From an uncultured Sulfurimonas sp. (GTDB lineage: Bacteria > Campylobacterota > Campylobacteria > Campylobacterales > Sulfurimonadaceae): 57,340 nucleotides of DNA. The stretch covers positions 1 through 57,340 of the forward strand of contig CAWUTM010000054.1 in NCBI GenBank assembly GCA_963925755.1. The letters run 5' to 3'. Positions 20,107 through 29,749 of this stretch are shown piece after piece. A program made the translations under genes and the position numbers. Each line of letters opens with the position of its first letter. Position 1 is the first letter of the stretch. The notes below the pieces were generated by a model. The model did no database searches. It worked only from the letters and a program-made list of their open reading frames with translations, and was not told the DNA's origin.

Positions 20107-20373
20107 ATGCAAAAAGATATTTATGAGAAAATCATAAGTTTTTTGCAAGGAGCATCTTGGGCAATTGTCCTTTTTGGTGCTCTTGTGACTTTCAAGTTTT
20201 TCATTCTTTTTGGTACGTTCCTCGCTATATTTTTCACACTCCTTTATATCGTCTTTTCACTCTTTTTCATTTTAGCTTTAGATGCTTTCTCCGTCAACAA
20301 ACAGCGCCTTGAAGAGTCTAAGAAACAGACAGAACTTTTAGAAAAAATCTACACTCAAAAATTAGAGATTTAA
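20107..20373 (+). CDS. small hypothetical membrane protein
   Basis: 88 aa with two hydrophobic helices and a charged tail, 13 nt after atpB. Confidence 0.65.
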   Translation: MQKDIYEKIISFLQGASWAIVLFGALVTFKFFILFGTFLAIFFTLLYIVFSLFFILALDAFSVNKQRLEESKKQTELLEKIYTQKLEI

Positions 20374-20438
20374 ATTAGAGACATTAAAGCATAAATTTGA
20401 TAAAATAGAATCAATTAATTTTTATTCTAAGGAAATCT

Positions 20439-21866
20439 ATGTTTGAAGTCGTTATCGGTCTTGAAGTCCATGTGCAACTCAACACAAAAACTAAACTATT
20501 TTGCTCGTGCGCTACAAGTTTTAATCATAAACAAAATACTAATACTTGTCCAACTTGTTTAGCACTTCCTGGTGCTCTACCTGTTCTTAACCAAGAAGTT
20601 TTACAAAAAGCTGTTATGCTTGGAACTGCTGTTGGAGCAACAGTAAATCGTACTTCTTACTTTGACCGTAAATCATATTTTTACCCAGATAGTCCTTCAG
20701 CATATCAAATTACACAGTTTTATACTCCTGTTATTCAAAATGGTAATTTAGAGATTGATTTTGAAGATGGTTCTAAAAAAAACATACGTATAGGTTTCGC
20801 TCATATAGAAGCGGACGCTGGTAAAAATATTCATGATGGTGATATCTCTAAGGTAGATTTAAATCGTGCGGGAACACCATTATTGGAGATAGTAACACAA
20901 CCAGACATGAGAAGTGCAGAGGAAGCTATACTGTATCTTAAAAAGCTCCACTCAATCATTCGCTACCTAGATATAGGTGATGCGAATATGCAAGAAGGGT
21001 CATTTCGTGTTGATGTAAATGTTTCTATTCGTCCAAAAGGTGATACGAAACTTTATACTCGTGTAGAGGTTAAAAATATTAACTCATTTAAGTTTATTGA
21101 AAAAGCTATTGCGGTTGAAGTGGCTCGTCAGAGTGAAGCATGGGAAGATGGCGTTTATGATGAAGATATAGTCCAAGAGACTCGTCTTTATGACCAAGAG
21201 AAAAATGAGACTCGTTCTATGCGTGGTAAAGAAGAAGCGGCTGATTATCGTTACTTCCCTGAACCAGATTTACTTAAGGCTGTCATCAGTGATGAAATGT
21301 TCGAGAAATATTCTCAAATTCCTGAACTTCCAGATGCTAAGCGTGATAGATTTGTAAAAGAGTTTGGACTTAATGATTACAACGCAGGTGTGATTACTTC
21401 AAGTGTTGAACTGGCACATTTTTTTGAATCAATGATGAGCAATGAAGGGGTGACGGGGAAAACTGCTACGTCACTTTTAACAGTTGAACTTCTAGCTCGT
21501 TTAAAGGGTGAACTCAACATTAGTAACTCACCGGTGAACGCAGAGAAACTTGGGTTACTAGCTTTGAGAATAGATGATAAAACTATCTCAGGAAAAGCGG
21601 CTAAAGACGTACTTGATTACTTAATGGAAAATGATGTTGACATTGACGGTGCAATTGAGACTTTAGGACTTAAACAAGTTACTGACACAGGTGCTATAGA
21701 GGCTATCTGTGATGAGATTATAAATGCAAATCCCGAAAAAGTAGAACAGTACAAGGGTGGCAAAGACAAACTCTTCGGTTTTTTTGTTGGTCAAGTAATG
21801 AAAGCTTCAAAAGGAAGTGCGGACCCTCAAGCTGTTAATGAACTTCTAAAAACTAAACTAGGCTAG
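20439..21866 (+). CDS. gatB: Asp-tRNA(Asn)/Glu-tRNA(Gln) amidotransferase subunit B
   Basis: [43 protein letters not shown] and GFFVGQVMK motifs. Confidence 0.97.
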   Translation: MFEVVIGLEVHVQLNTKTKLFCSCATSFNHKQNTNTCPTCLALPGALPVLNQEVLQKAVMLGTAVGATVNRTSYFDRKSYFYPDSPSAYQITQFYTPVIQNGNLEIDFEDGSKKNIRIGFAHIEADAGKNIHDGDISKVDLNRAGTPLLEIVTQPDMRSAEEAILYLKKLHSIIRYLDIGDANMQEGSFRVDVNVSIRPKGDTKLYTRVEVKNINSFKFIEKAIAVEVARQSEAWEDGVYDEDIVQETRLYDQEKNETRSMRGKEEAADYRYFPEPDLLKAVISDEMFEKYSQIPELPDAKRDRFVKEFGLNDYNAGVITSSVELAHFFESMMSNEGVTGKTATSLLTVELLARLKGELNISNSPVNAEKLGLLALRIDDKTISGKAAKDVLDYLMENDVDIDGAIETLGLKQVTDTGAIEAICDEIINANPEKVEQYKGGKDKLFGFFVGQVMKASKGSADPQAVNELLKTKLG

Positions 21867-21869
21867 TCA

Positions 21870-23432
21870 ATGTTAAAACACCTGATATTAGATGCTGCAT
21901 ATTTTTTACAAACATCTAAATCTTATCAGGCGAATAAACAATTTTTTTATAACCTACTCGAAAATGACAAGCATAGATATAAAAAATATGTAGATATATT
22001 AATGATAATGCTTATCTTTATAAGTGTTGGCGTTTTAATAAGAGAAGTGAAATTTCATGTGAATGATTATTTACTTTATTTTAGTAACTATGTTATATCG
22101 GTCATATTTTTCGTTGAGTATATGTTACGTTTATGGGTTAGCAGCAGTGTGAGTAAAATCATAGTGAGTCGTGCTGAACATGACAGCTTCTTATCTCGGG
22201 ATATTAATCTTTTAAGCACATTTCGAGAAATTCTAAGTATTAAGTTTAAGTACATACTCTCCGTCCGAGCTATTATTGACCTTCTAGCAATACTTCCATT
22301 CTTCCATGAGTTAAGACTCCTCCGTATATTTATACTTTTTCGTGTTTTTAAACTTTTTAGATACGCAAAAAGCTTCCAAACTTTAGCAGGAGTACTCGCA
22401 ACTAAGAAGTTTGAATTTTTAACTCTTGGGATATTTGCTTCTATTGTTATATTTGTATCTTCAGTTCTGATTTATGTCATGGAAGCAAATAATCCAGACT
22501 CTCCCATTGATACGCTTTTTGAAGCTGTTTATTGGTCTATAGTAACTATTTCAACTGTTGGCTATGGTGACATTACTCCAACGACTACAGAGGGTCGGCT
22601 TGTCTCTATGTTAGTGATAACTACGGGTATCGCAGTTTTAGCTTTTACTACCTCTTTGGTTGTCTCTGCCTTTACAGAAAAACTGGATGAAATAAAAGAA
22701 GTTAAAAATATTGAAGATATCGCAAAACTTAAAAATTATTATCTTGTATGTGGTTATGATAGCATTGCCAAAGAAGTGGCGCGAAAACTAAAAAAAAGCA
22801 TTTATAATATCATTGTTTTAGATGATGATTTAGGAAGAATCCAAAGCGCTAGAAGAGATGGTCTTTTAGCGATGAACTACTCGCCAGGTAGCGTAGAAAA
22901 CTATAAAAAACTTAACATAGACATAAAGAAGCAAGTTAAAGCTGTCTTATGTCTACGCGAAGATGATGTTGAAAATGTCTATACAGCTTTAACCGTTCGT
23001 TCCATTGATAAGGATATTTTCATTCTTTCACTACTTATGAAAGACTCAAATAGAAAAAAACTAGAGTTCGCTGGTATAAATCAAATTGTTTACCCTCAAA
23101 AGTTGATAGGTCTTATTACAAAAGAGCTTGTTGGTCAGCCTGCCGCTTTTGAAGTGATTCATCAGCTTAGAAGCGAGTACACAAACATAAATATTGATGA
23201 AATTATAGTTACAACGAGAATTATAGAGAACTATTCTACAGTAGGTTCACTCACAAATGAAAGGTTTAAAGTTATTGTTCTGGGAGTCTTTAAAGGCAAT
23301 AGTGATAGATTTTATTTTAATCCTATTGATAGTACGCTTTTAGAGAATGGAGATTATATACTAGCCGTTGGATATAATATATTTGTAAGAGAGTTTGAAA
23401 AATCTTTATATAAAAAGGCAACTAATGCCTAA
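21870..23432 (+). CDS. 6TM potassium channel with RCK (TrkA-N/TrkA-C) domains
   Basis: S4-like LRLLRIFILFRVFKLFRY, pore YWSIVTISTVGYGD, and a C-terminal RCK region. Confidence 0.9.
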   Translation: MLKHLILDAAYFLQTSKSYQANKQFFYNLLENDKHRYKKYVDILMIMLIFISVGVLIREVKFHVNDYLLYFSNYVISVIFFVEYMLRLWVSSSVSKIIVSRAEHDSFLSRDINLLSTFREILSIKFKYILSVRAIIDLLAILPFFHELRLLRIFILFRVFKLFRYAKSFQTLAGVLATKKFEFLTLGIFASIVIFVSSVLIYVMEANNPDSPIDTLFEAVYWSIVTISTVGYGDITPTTTEGRLVSMLVITTGIAVLAFTTSLVVSAFTEKLDEIKEVKNIEDIAKLKNYYLVCGYDSIAKEVARKLKKSIYNIIVLDDDLGRIQSARRDGLLAMNYSPGSVENYKKLNIDIKKQVKAVLCLREDDVENVYTALTVRSIDKDIFILSLLMKDSNRKKLEFAGINQIVYPQKLIGLITKELVGQPAAFEVIHQLRSEYTNINIDEIIVTTRIIENYSTVGSLTNERFKVIVLGVFKGNSDRFYFNPIDSTLLENGDYILAVGYNIFVREFEKSLYKKATNA

Positions 23433-24114
23433 GAGAACAGCACTTATATTTGGTTTTAATAAGTATGCGCTAGAGATTGAGTCAAATGTAAAAGTAAAGT
23501 ATGGCAATATAAAAATGTACTCTTCAAACAAAGATGAAATAGAAAATACACAGAGAAGTATAGAGTATTTTGATCTTAGTGATGAGTGGTCGAGTATAGA
23601 AGAAGGCATTGACATAGAGAGTTCCATAGCCTTTTGCGCACTAGAAGATAGTGCTGAAAACATCTTTTTAACCATCTCTTTAAGAGCCTATTTTAAAGAG
23701 CTTACTATTATCGCGATTGCTTCAAATAAAGAGAGTGCGAATAAGCTTACTATGGCTGGCGCAAATAAAGTAATACCTCTTGTTGAAACAACAGCAGATA
23801 TAATCGCGAATGTTCTTGAAAAACCGATCTCGAACAAGGTTTTAAATAGTATTTTATATGAAGAGAGCGATCTAAAAATTGAGCAGGTAAAAATAGTAAA
23901 TGAAGAGCACTTCGAGAATGCGTCTATTTCAGATATTGATTGGAGTAGGTACAATGGTATTATTATCCTTTCTGTGATGCATGAAGATATGAGCCATGAG
24001 TTTATATATGCCTCAAAACTCAAGAATCACATTATTAAAAATGGTGATATATTAGTAGTAGTTGGATTTGAAACAGATATAGAAGAGTTTAAAAAACTGA
24101 TAGGGAGTCACTAG
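23425..24114 (+). CDS. TrkA/RCK-domain protein (probable channel regulatory subunit)
   Basis: D..NIFLTISLR and KL..AGANKVI.P TrkA-N motifs; I..GDILVVVG TrkA-C motif. Start at ATG 23425 overlaps the channel stop. Confidence 0.82.
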   Translation: MPKRTALIFGFNKYALEIESNVKVKYGNIKMYSSNKDEIENTQRSIEYFDLSDEWSSIEEGIDIESSIAFCALEDSAENIFLTISLRAYFKELTIIAIASNKESANKLTMAGANKVIPLVETTADIIANVLEKPISNKVLNSILYEESDLKIEQVKIVNEEHFENASISDIDWSRYNGIIILSVMHEDMSHEFIYASKLKNHIIKNGDILVVVGFETDIEEFKKLIGSH

Positions 24115-24115
24115 T

Positions 24116-25003
24116 ATGAGAATAGGAGTTATAGGAGCAGGAAAATGGGGAAGCGCTTTAGCCTTTGCTCTAAGTGAAAAGAGTGATGTTGTTATCACTT
24201 CAAGAACACCAAGAGAATTGGCTAATTTTGTCTCACTTGAAGAAATACTTGAGTGCGAGTACCTTGTTATAACCGTTCCAGCACAAGAAATAGCATTATG
24301 GTTAGAGAAAAATTTTGTTTTTAAAAATCAAAAAATTTTAGTGGCGGCTAAAGGAATAGAAGCAACTAGTGGAAGATTCTTAAATGAAATATATGCGAAG
24401 CATGTTCCAAATGAAAATATCGCTTTTTTATCTGGTCCTTCATTTGCTGTAGAGGTAATGAAATCTCTTCCAACAGCACTTGTTATAAATTCGAAAAACA
24501 AAAAATTATCTTCTGAATTTGCAGAACTTTTCCCATCATTTATTAAAGCTTATACTTCTAATGATGTTGTAGGTGCAGAAGTGTGTGGTGCATATAAAAA
24601 TGTCATAGCAATTGCTGCTGGAATATGTGAAGGCTTAGGACTAGGGAAAAATGCAGCCGCTGCGCTTATAAGTAGGGGCCTTGTGGAAATGCAACGTTTT
24701 GGCCTTTTTTATGGAGCTAGAGAAGAAACATTTATAGGTTTAGGGGGAGCAGGGGACCTGTTTCTTACAGCTTCTTCACCAATGAGTAGAAATTTTCGTG
24801 TTGGACTTGGACTTGCCAAAGCCAAAACACAAGCAGAAATACTCGAGGAGTTAGGCGAGGTGGCCGAGGGAATAGGCACTTCTTACGCTCTTAATAATAT
24901 TACCAAGAAAAATAATTTATATCTCCCAATAGCCAAAGAAGTACATGCAATGCTAGAGGGTAAAAATCCAAAAGAGTCTCTGCAAGACTTACTCTCTAGT
25001 TAG
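24116..25003 (+). CDS. gpsA: NAD(P)H-dependent glycerol-3-phosphate dehydrogenase
   Basis: GAGKWG, KGIE, SGPSFA, KNVIAIAAG, GAGDLFLT, SRN and VAEG motifs. Confidence 0.96.
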   Translation: MRIGVIGAGKWGSALAFALSEKSDVVITSRTPRELANFVSLEEILECEYLVITVPAQEIALWLEKNFVFKNQKILVAAKGIEATSGRFLNEIYAKHVPNENIAFLSGPSFAVEVMKSLPTALVINSKNKKLSSEFAELFPSFIKAYTSNDVVGAEVCGAYKNVIAIAAGICEGLGLGKNAAAALISRGLVEMQRFGLFYGAREETFIGLGGAGDLFLTASSPMSRNFRVGLGLAKAKTQAEILEELGEVAEGIGTSYALNNITKKNNLYLPIAKEVHAMLEGKNPKESLQDLLSS

Positions 25004-25023
25004 TAGAAAGTAAAAGGAATTTA

Positions 25024-26379
25024 TTGAGCCACTTTAAACGATTACAAAAAATATTACTGGCTATTTTTATAGGAATAGTTCTTTTTTTTATAGCAGGTAC
25101 GGTTTTTACTCAGCCTCAGTCAATTTTAGTAGGCCTAATAGCCTTTTTAGTTACTCTTTGGACAAATGAAGGACTTCCTCTTGCAATTGTTTCTCTTATG
25201 CCAATTGCCCTTTTCCCCGCATTTGGACTCCTTGAAACGAAAGCGACTACGATTAACTATTCCCATCCTATTATATATCTTTTTTTAGGGGGCTTTTTAC
25301 TTGCCATTGGAGTTGAGAAAACAAATCTCCATAGATATATTTCTCAGAAGATACTTTCGTTTTTTCCAAGTACACCTCGTGGGGTCATTTTCTCTTTAGT
25401 TTTGACATCGGGACTTCTAAGTTCTATACTTTCAAATACGACAACAGCTCTTTTACTAATATCAATAGCACTTTTTTTAAGCGAAGACGCCAGGTTGAAA
25501 ATGCGTTTTGCGTTAGCTATAGCTTATGGCGCAAACGTTGGCGGAATCATTACTCCCATAGGAACACCTCCTAACCTCATTCTTTATGGAATTATGCAAG
25601 ATAAAGGTTTAGAAACTTTGAGTTTTTTAAAGTGGGTTGGAATGGTTTCTCCTTTGGCGCTTACTATGCTTTTAGTCGTTGGATTTTTACTTAGCTTAGG
25701 GCTTGAAAAAACAGAGATATTGAAGGATGCTAAAAGACATGTTTTAGATATCCCACAAAAGAAAGTTTTGGGTGTTTTAGCTATTTTAGTGCTGCTCCTG
25801 TTCATAAATGCTCCGATTAAGCCTTATTGGGATGGTTTAGGGATGAGTGAACCTGTAATACTTTTAGCTTTTGGACTTACTCTATTTTTACCATATATAA
25901 ATATTTTAGAGTGGGATGAAGACAGTAAAAGAGTTCCTTTTAAGATAATGTTTTTATTTGGGGCTGGGTTTTCCATAGCCAAAGCATTCTCAACTACAGG
26001 TTTAGCCGATAGCATGGCTTCGTACCTTTTAGCTATAACTCATTTTCCTCCTATCGTTTTACTATTTATAGTTGCAACTCTTATAACGTTTACAACAGAA
26101 ATTACGTCAAACACAGCACTTATATCTATAATGCTTCCCGTTATATACGCTATATCTGAACAATCAGGCATAAATGCAATGCTATTTATGATGGTTGCAA
26201 CTGTTTGCTCCTCTTATGCTTTTATGCTACCTATAGCAACCGCTCCAAACGCGATAGCTATGAGTAGTGGTGCCGTTCACGTAAAAGACATGTTGCGTTT
26301 TGGCGTTGTCTTAAATCTCTTAGGCATACTTTTCATTGTATTAATTGCAGAATATTTTTGGAAAGGAATACTTCTTTAA
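25024..26379 (+). CDS. SLC13/DASS family Na+:anion (dicarboxylate/sulfate) symporter
   Basis: LFLGGF, SNT motifs (LSNTTT, TSNTA), TPIGTPPN and AFMLPIATAPNAI. TTG start after AAGGA. Confidence 0.92.
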   Translation: MSHFKRLQKILLAIFIGIVLFFIAGTVFTQPQSILVGLIAFLVTLWTNEGLPLAIVSLMPIALFPAFGLLETKATTINYSHPIIYLFLGGFLLAIGVEKTNLHRYISQKILSFFPSTPRGVIFSLVLTSGLLSSILSNTTTALLLISIALFLSEDARLKMRFALAIAYGANVGGIITPIGTPPNLILYGIMQDKGLETLSFLKWVGMVSPLALTMLLVVGFLLSLGLEKTEILKDAKRHVLDIPQKKVLGVLAILVLLLFINAPIKPYWDGLGMSEPVILLAFGLTLFLPYINILEWDEDSKRVPFKIMFLFGAGFSIAKAFSTTGLADSMASYLLAITHFPPIVLLFIVATLITFTTEITSNTALISIMLPVIYAISEQSGINAMLFMMVATVCSSYAFMLPIATAPNAIAMSSGAVHVKDMLRFGVVLNLLGILFIVLIAEYFWKGILL

Positions 26380-26422
26380 GAAAGTGTTTGATAAAATTTC
26401 ATAAATTGACTAAAGGTTTACC

Positions 26423-26716
26423 ATGATAGTTCATATAGTAATGTTTAAGTTTAAAGATGAAAAGAAAGCTTTAAACTTGGGAATAGCAAAAAATATGCTT
26501 GAAGGACTTGAACGTCCAATAGCTGAGTTGAAGTCAATGGAAGTGGGTGTTAACTTTGATGAATCGCCAAGAGCTTTTGACCTTTCAATATACACAACCT
26601 TTGAAACGCAAGAAGATTTAAAAACTTATGCTGTGCATCCTGAACATTTAAAAGTTGTAGAGTTTATTAAAAGTGTAACTTTAGAGTCTAAGGTCGTAGA
26701 CTATATATTAGAGTAG
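26423..26716 (+). CDS. Dabb family (stress-responsive A/B barrel) protein
   Basis: MIVHIVMFKFK, Y..HPEH and VVDY motifs. Confidence 0.9.
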   Translation: MIVHIVMFKFKDEKKALNLGIAKNMLEGLERPIAELKSMEVGVNFDESPRAFDLSIYTTFETQEDLKTYAVHPEHLKVVEFIKSVTLESKVVDYILE

Positions 26717-26774
26717 TCTACGACTACTCAAACTTTACATTTTCATATCTGTCGTAGAGCCACTCTGCGACTGC
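26693..26774. repeat. two related palindromes (REP-like or terminator) at the end of the Dabb gene
   Basis: GTCGTAGACTA(26693-26703)/TAGTCTACGAC(26714-26724) is a perfect 11-bp inverted repeat. GTCGTAGAG(26751-26759)/CTCTGCGAC(26763-26771) is a 9-bp inverted repeat with one mismatch. Confidence 0.6.
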
Positions 26775-26908
26775 TTGCTTCTCGTCTTCATTTTTTCCCT
26801 TAACAGCTTGTTATTTGACACTATACACAGGATTTATTAGCTCATTGTTAATATAAATAAGAAAGATGATAAAATTGCGGATAAATTTTAAAATATCAAG
26901 GTTTTTAA

Positions 26909-28147
26909 ATGTTAATGACAATTGTCGCAATATATACGCTTTATGTGCTTATATTAATCTATACAAGCGTAATGCAAATAGGTTATATCAATCAAGAAAA
27001 AAATAAGGAACCAATACTTTTAGATAAGAATGACTTTGTAAAAGCTGGAGATTATTCTGTAGCCAAAGGAAAACTTTCCATAGTAAGTTCTTTTGTTGAT
27101 TATCTCTTTTTCATAGCTTGGATGGGAGTAGGGCTTAAGGCTTTACAAACAAATATATTTTTTGAAAATGAAATAGTATTAAATATATCAATGGTAATGA
27201 GTTTTGTTGTTATTAGCTCTTTACTCTCTTTACCTTTTGCTTACTATGAGAAGTTTGTTTTAGATGAGAAATTTGGTTTTAATAAGTCAACTTTAGGCTT
27301 ATGGATAAAAGACACTCTTATCTCCTTTATTATGACTCTCATTTTCGGTTCTTTAGTTGTTTGGGGAATATATGAAATTATCTCTAATTTTACTCTTTGG
27401 TGGTTATGGAGCTTTGTATTTATATTTGGTGTTGTTATACTTATAAATATGCTTTACCCTGCGTTTAGAGCAACTTTCTTTGATAAATTAACACCACTTC
27501 AAGATGAAGAACTGGATGATAAAATAAAAGACTTGATGGATAGAACAGGTTTCGTAAGCTCAGGCGTTTTTGTAAGTGACGCTTCTAAACGCGATGCAAG
27601 ACTCAATGCGTACTTTGGTGGTTTTGGAAAGGCTAAACGTGTTGTTCTTTTTGATACTCTTATAGAAAAATTGACTACAAAAGAACTGCTAGCAGTTTTA
27701 GGACATGAACTAGGACACTTCGCGCATGGCGATATCTATAAAAATATAGCTATTGTTGGCGCTATGCTATTTAGTATGTTTGCTATTTTTGGAAACCTTC
27801 CTGTATCTTTGTATCTAGAAATGGGTCTTAGTGGTGAGCCATATGTTGTTATGATACTCCTTATGTTATTTATGCCTGTTCTAGGGTTTGTTATGATGCC
27901 AATAATGGGAATAATTAGCCGTCATAACGAGTATGCGGCAGATAGAATGGGAAGTGAACTTGGTGGTCCATCTGGCGCGATAGAACTTGCTAACGCACTT
28001 ACTAAGTTAGTGATGGAAAACAAAAGTTTTCCACTCTCTCATCCACTGTATATATTCTTTCATTACACTCATCCACCCGTATTAGAGCGTCTAAAAGAGT
28101 TAGGAATGGACATTAAAAATTTAGATAGAAGTTCTTTAAAGACATAA
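26909..28147 (+). CDS. M48 family (Ste24-like) zinc metalloprotease
   Basis: Multiple TM helices; NAYFGGFG, LFDTL, HELGH, EY.AD and THPPV.ERL motifs. Confidence 0.93.
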   Translation: MLMTIVAIYTLYVLILIYTSVMQIGYINQEKNKEPILLDKNDFVKAGDYSVAKGKLSIVSSFVDYLFFIAWMGVGLKALQTNIFFENEIVLNISMVMSFVVISSLLSLPFAYYEKFVLDEKFGFNKSTLGLWIKDTLISFIMTLIFGSLVVWGIYEIISNFTLWWLWSFVFIFGVVILINMLYPAFRATFFDKLTPLQDEELDDKIKDLMDRTGFVSSGVFVSDASKRDARLNAYFGGFGKAKRVVLFDTLIEKLTTKELLAVLGHELGHFAHGDIYKNIAIVGAMLFSMFAIFGNLPVSLYLEMGLSGEPYVVMILLMLFMPVLGFVMMPIMGIISRHNEYAADRMGSELGGPSGAIELANALTKLVMENKSFPLSHPLYIFFHYTHPPVLERLKELGMDIKNLDRSSLKT

Positions 28148-28977
28148 TGCAAGATAATCCGGTAGTTAAAGACATCCTCAAAGAGATTACACAAACTCTT
28201 TCACCTCATATTGAGAGAGCTTCTAGGGAGGCGCAACTTCTTTTAATGGCACATCTTAGTGTTGATGAACTTTGGTTAATTACACACCAGAGTGAAGCAG
28301 TCCAAGATGTAGATAAACTTATGTCTTGGGTTAAACGCAGAGAGAAGAATGAACCATTCGAGTATATAACCAATAGCGTTAGTTTTTACAGTGAAGAGTT
28401 CTTTATAAAAGAGGGTGCTTTAATCCCTCGTCCGGAGACAGAAATCCTCATAGATGAAGTAATAAAGAATGTAGAAGATAAAGCATCGGCTATAACTTTT
28501 GTAGAGGTGGGAATAGGGAGTGGTATTATTTCCATAATACTTGCGCGTCATTTTCTAAACGCTAAGTTTATTGCAGTTGATATATCTCAGGATGCTTTAG
28601 ACATAGCGAAGATAAATATAGAAAAGTTTGGATTAGAAAATAGAATAGAGTTGCGTTTAGGTTCGTTACTTGAGCCTCTCGACGAAGATATAGATTATCT
28701 TGTATCTAACCCACCTTATATCGCAGATGCGGAAGTTTTAGAGTCTAATCTTGATTATGAACCTCAAAACGCTCTATTTGGTGGGCTGATTGGCGATGAA
28801 ATAATTCAAGAGCTTCTTGAGTGCGTCTTAAAACAAAAAATTAAGTTTTTTAGTTGTGAGATGGGGTATGATCAAAAAGATAAAATACAGAGATATTTAA
28901 ATGATAAAAAATTTAAAAGTTTAGAGTTCTACAAAGATCTAAGTGATTTTGATAGGGGCTTTACTCTAAAGGTATAA
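28147..28977 (+). CDS. prmC: release factor glutamine N5-methyltransferase
   Basis: EP.EYI, LIPRPETE, GIGSGII, SNPPYI and EP..ALFGG motifs. Confidence 0.95.
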   Translation: MQDNPVVKDILKEITQTLSPHIERASREAQLLLMAHLSVDELWLITHQSEAVQDVDKLMSWVKRREKNEPFEYITNSVSFYSEEFFIKEGALIPRPETEILIDEVIKNVEDKASAITFVEVGIGSGIISIILARHFLNAKFIAVDISQDALDIAKINIEKFGLENRIELRLGSLLEPLDEDIDYLVSNPPYIADAEVLESNLDYEPQNALFGGLIGDEIIQELLECVLKQKIKFFSCEMGYDQKDKIQRYLNDKKFKSLEFYKDLSDFDRGFTLKV

Positions 28978-28978
28978 T

Positions 28979-29458
28979 GTGAAAAGAAATATATATATAG
29001 ATTTTAGTTATTTGTTAGTTATTGGAATGTCGCTTGGGGCTGTTCTTGTTCTTGGGATAGTTGTAGCGGCTGTTGTTTTTAATACTGGTAAACTTCCTGT
29101 AGAGATACTGATTGATAGGTATAACGCTGGAATTATAATGGGCGAGATATTTCATAGGTTTTCTTACTGGGTATACTTCTTAGCTGCGTTTGTAGGCTTG
29201 TATGAGGCGTATATGTACAAAACAGGTCAAAGAGACGCCATTGTTTTTGCAGCAGCAGTGAGTGTGATTTTTAGCGCATTAATGTTTAGTGCTGTTTACT
29301 CTCCTAAGATACTAGAGATGCAAGCTCAGGGTATAGAAGCAACTGCGAGTGATACATTTGAGAATCTTCATTATGCAAGCGAGATAGATTTTAAAATATT
29401 GGCTTTGGCTTTAGTTGTACTTTTTGTAAGAAGATTAATGCTGCTAAGAATTTCTTAA
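28979..29458 (+). CDS. DUF4149-like integral membrane protein
   Basis: Four hydrophobic helices with G..M..IF.RF and F..LH..SE motifs. GTG start. Confidence 0.7.
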   Translation: MKRNIYIDFSYLLVIGMSLGAVLVLGIVVAAVVFNTGKLPVEILIDRYNAGIIMGEIFHRFSYWVYFLAAFVGLYEAYMYKTGQRDAIVFAAAVSVIFSALMFSAVYSPKILEMQAQGIEATASDTFENLHYASEIDFKILALALVVLFVRRLMLLRIS

Positions 29459-29745
29459 CGCTCGGAAAATTTATCGTGCCACCATTCCGATGGTGAGAAT
29501 GTTCTTTTTTTGATACTCTCTTCATCAAAAGGATATTCGTAGCTATTACAGTATGCTAAAATTGTTTCATATGCATCGTTAATACTCATACTCATATCGG
29601 TCGCTCTTTTTACATCATCGGTATGTTTATCCGGATGCCATTTTTTCATAAGAAGTTTATATTTGTTTTTGATTTCTTTAAGTGAGGAAGTTTCACGAAG
29701 ACCAAGGAGTGACTTGGCTTTCATTACTTTGCTAAATTGAGACAA
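29455..29745 (-). CDS. small J-domain-only (class C DnaJ) protein
   Basis: LGL....S..EIK..Y..L.KKWHPDK...IN.AY..I J-domain plus a short acidic/Trp tail. TTG start 4 nt after ftsZ. Confidence 0.85.
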   Translation of the reverse strand: MSQFSKVMKAKSLLGLRETSSLKEIKNKYKLLMKKWHPDKHTDDVKRATDMSMSINDAYETILAYCNSYEYPFDEESIKKRTFSPSEWWHDKFSER

Positions 29746-29749
29746 GCTT

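Noticed and set aside
28147-28977. NPPY motif suggesting a DNA adenine methyltransferase or restriction-modification system
   Set aside because: The LIPRPETE and EP..ALFGG motifs identify PrmC/HemK, and no nuclease is nearby.
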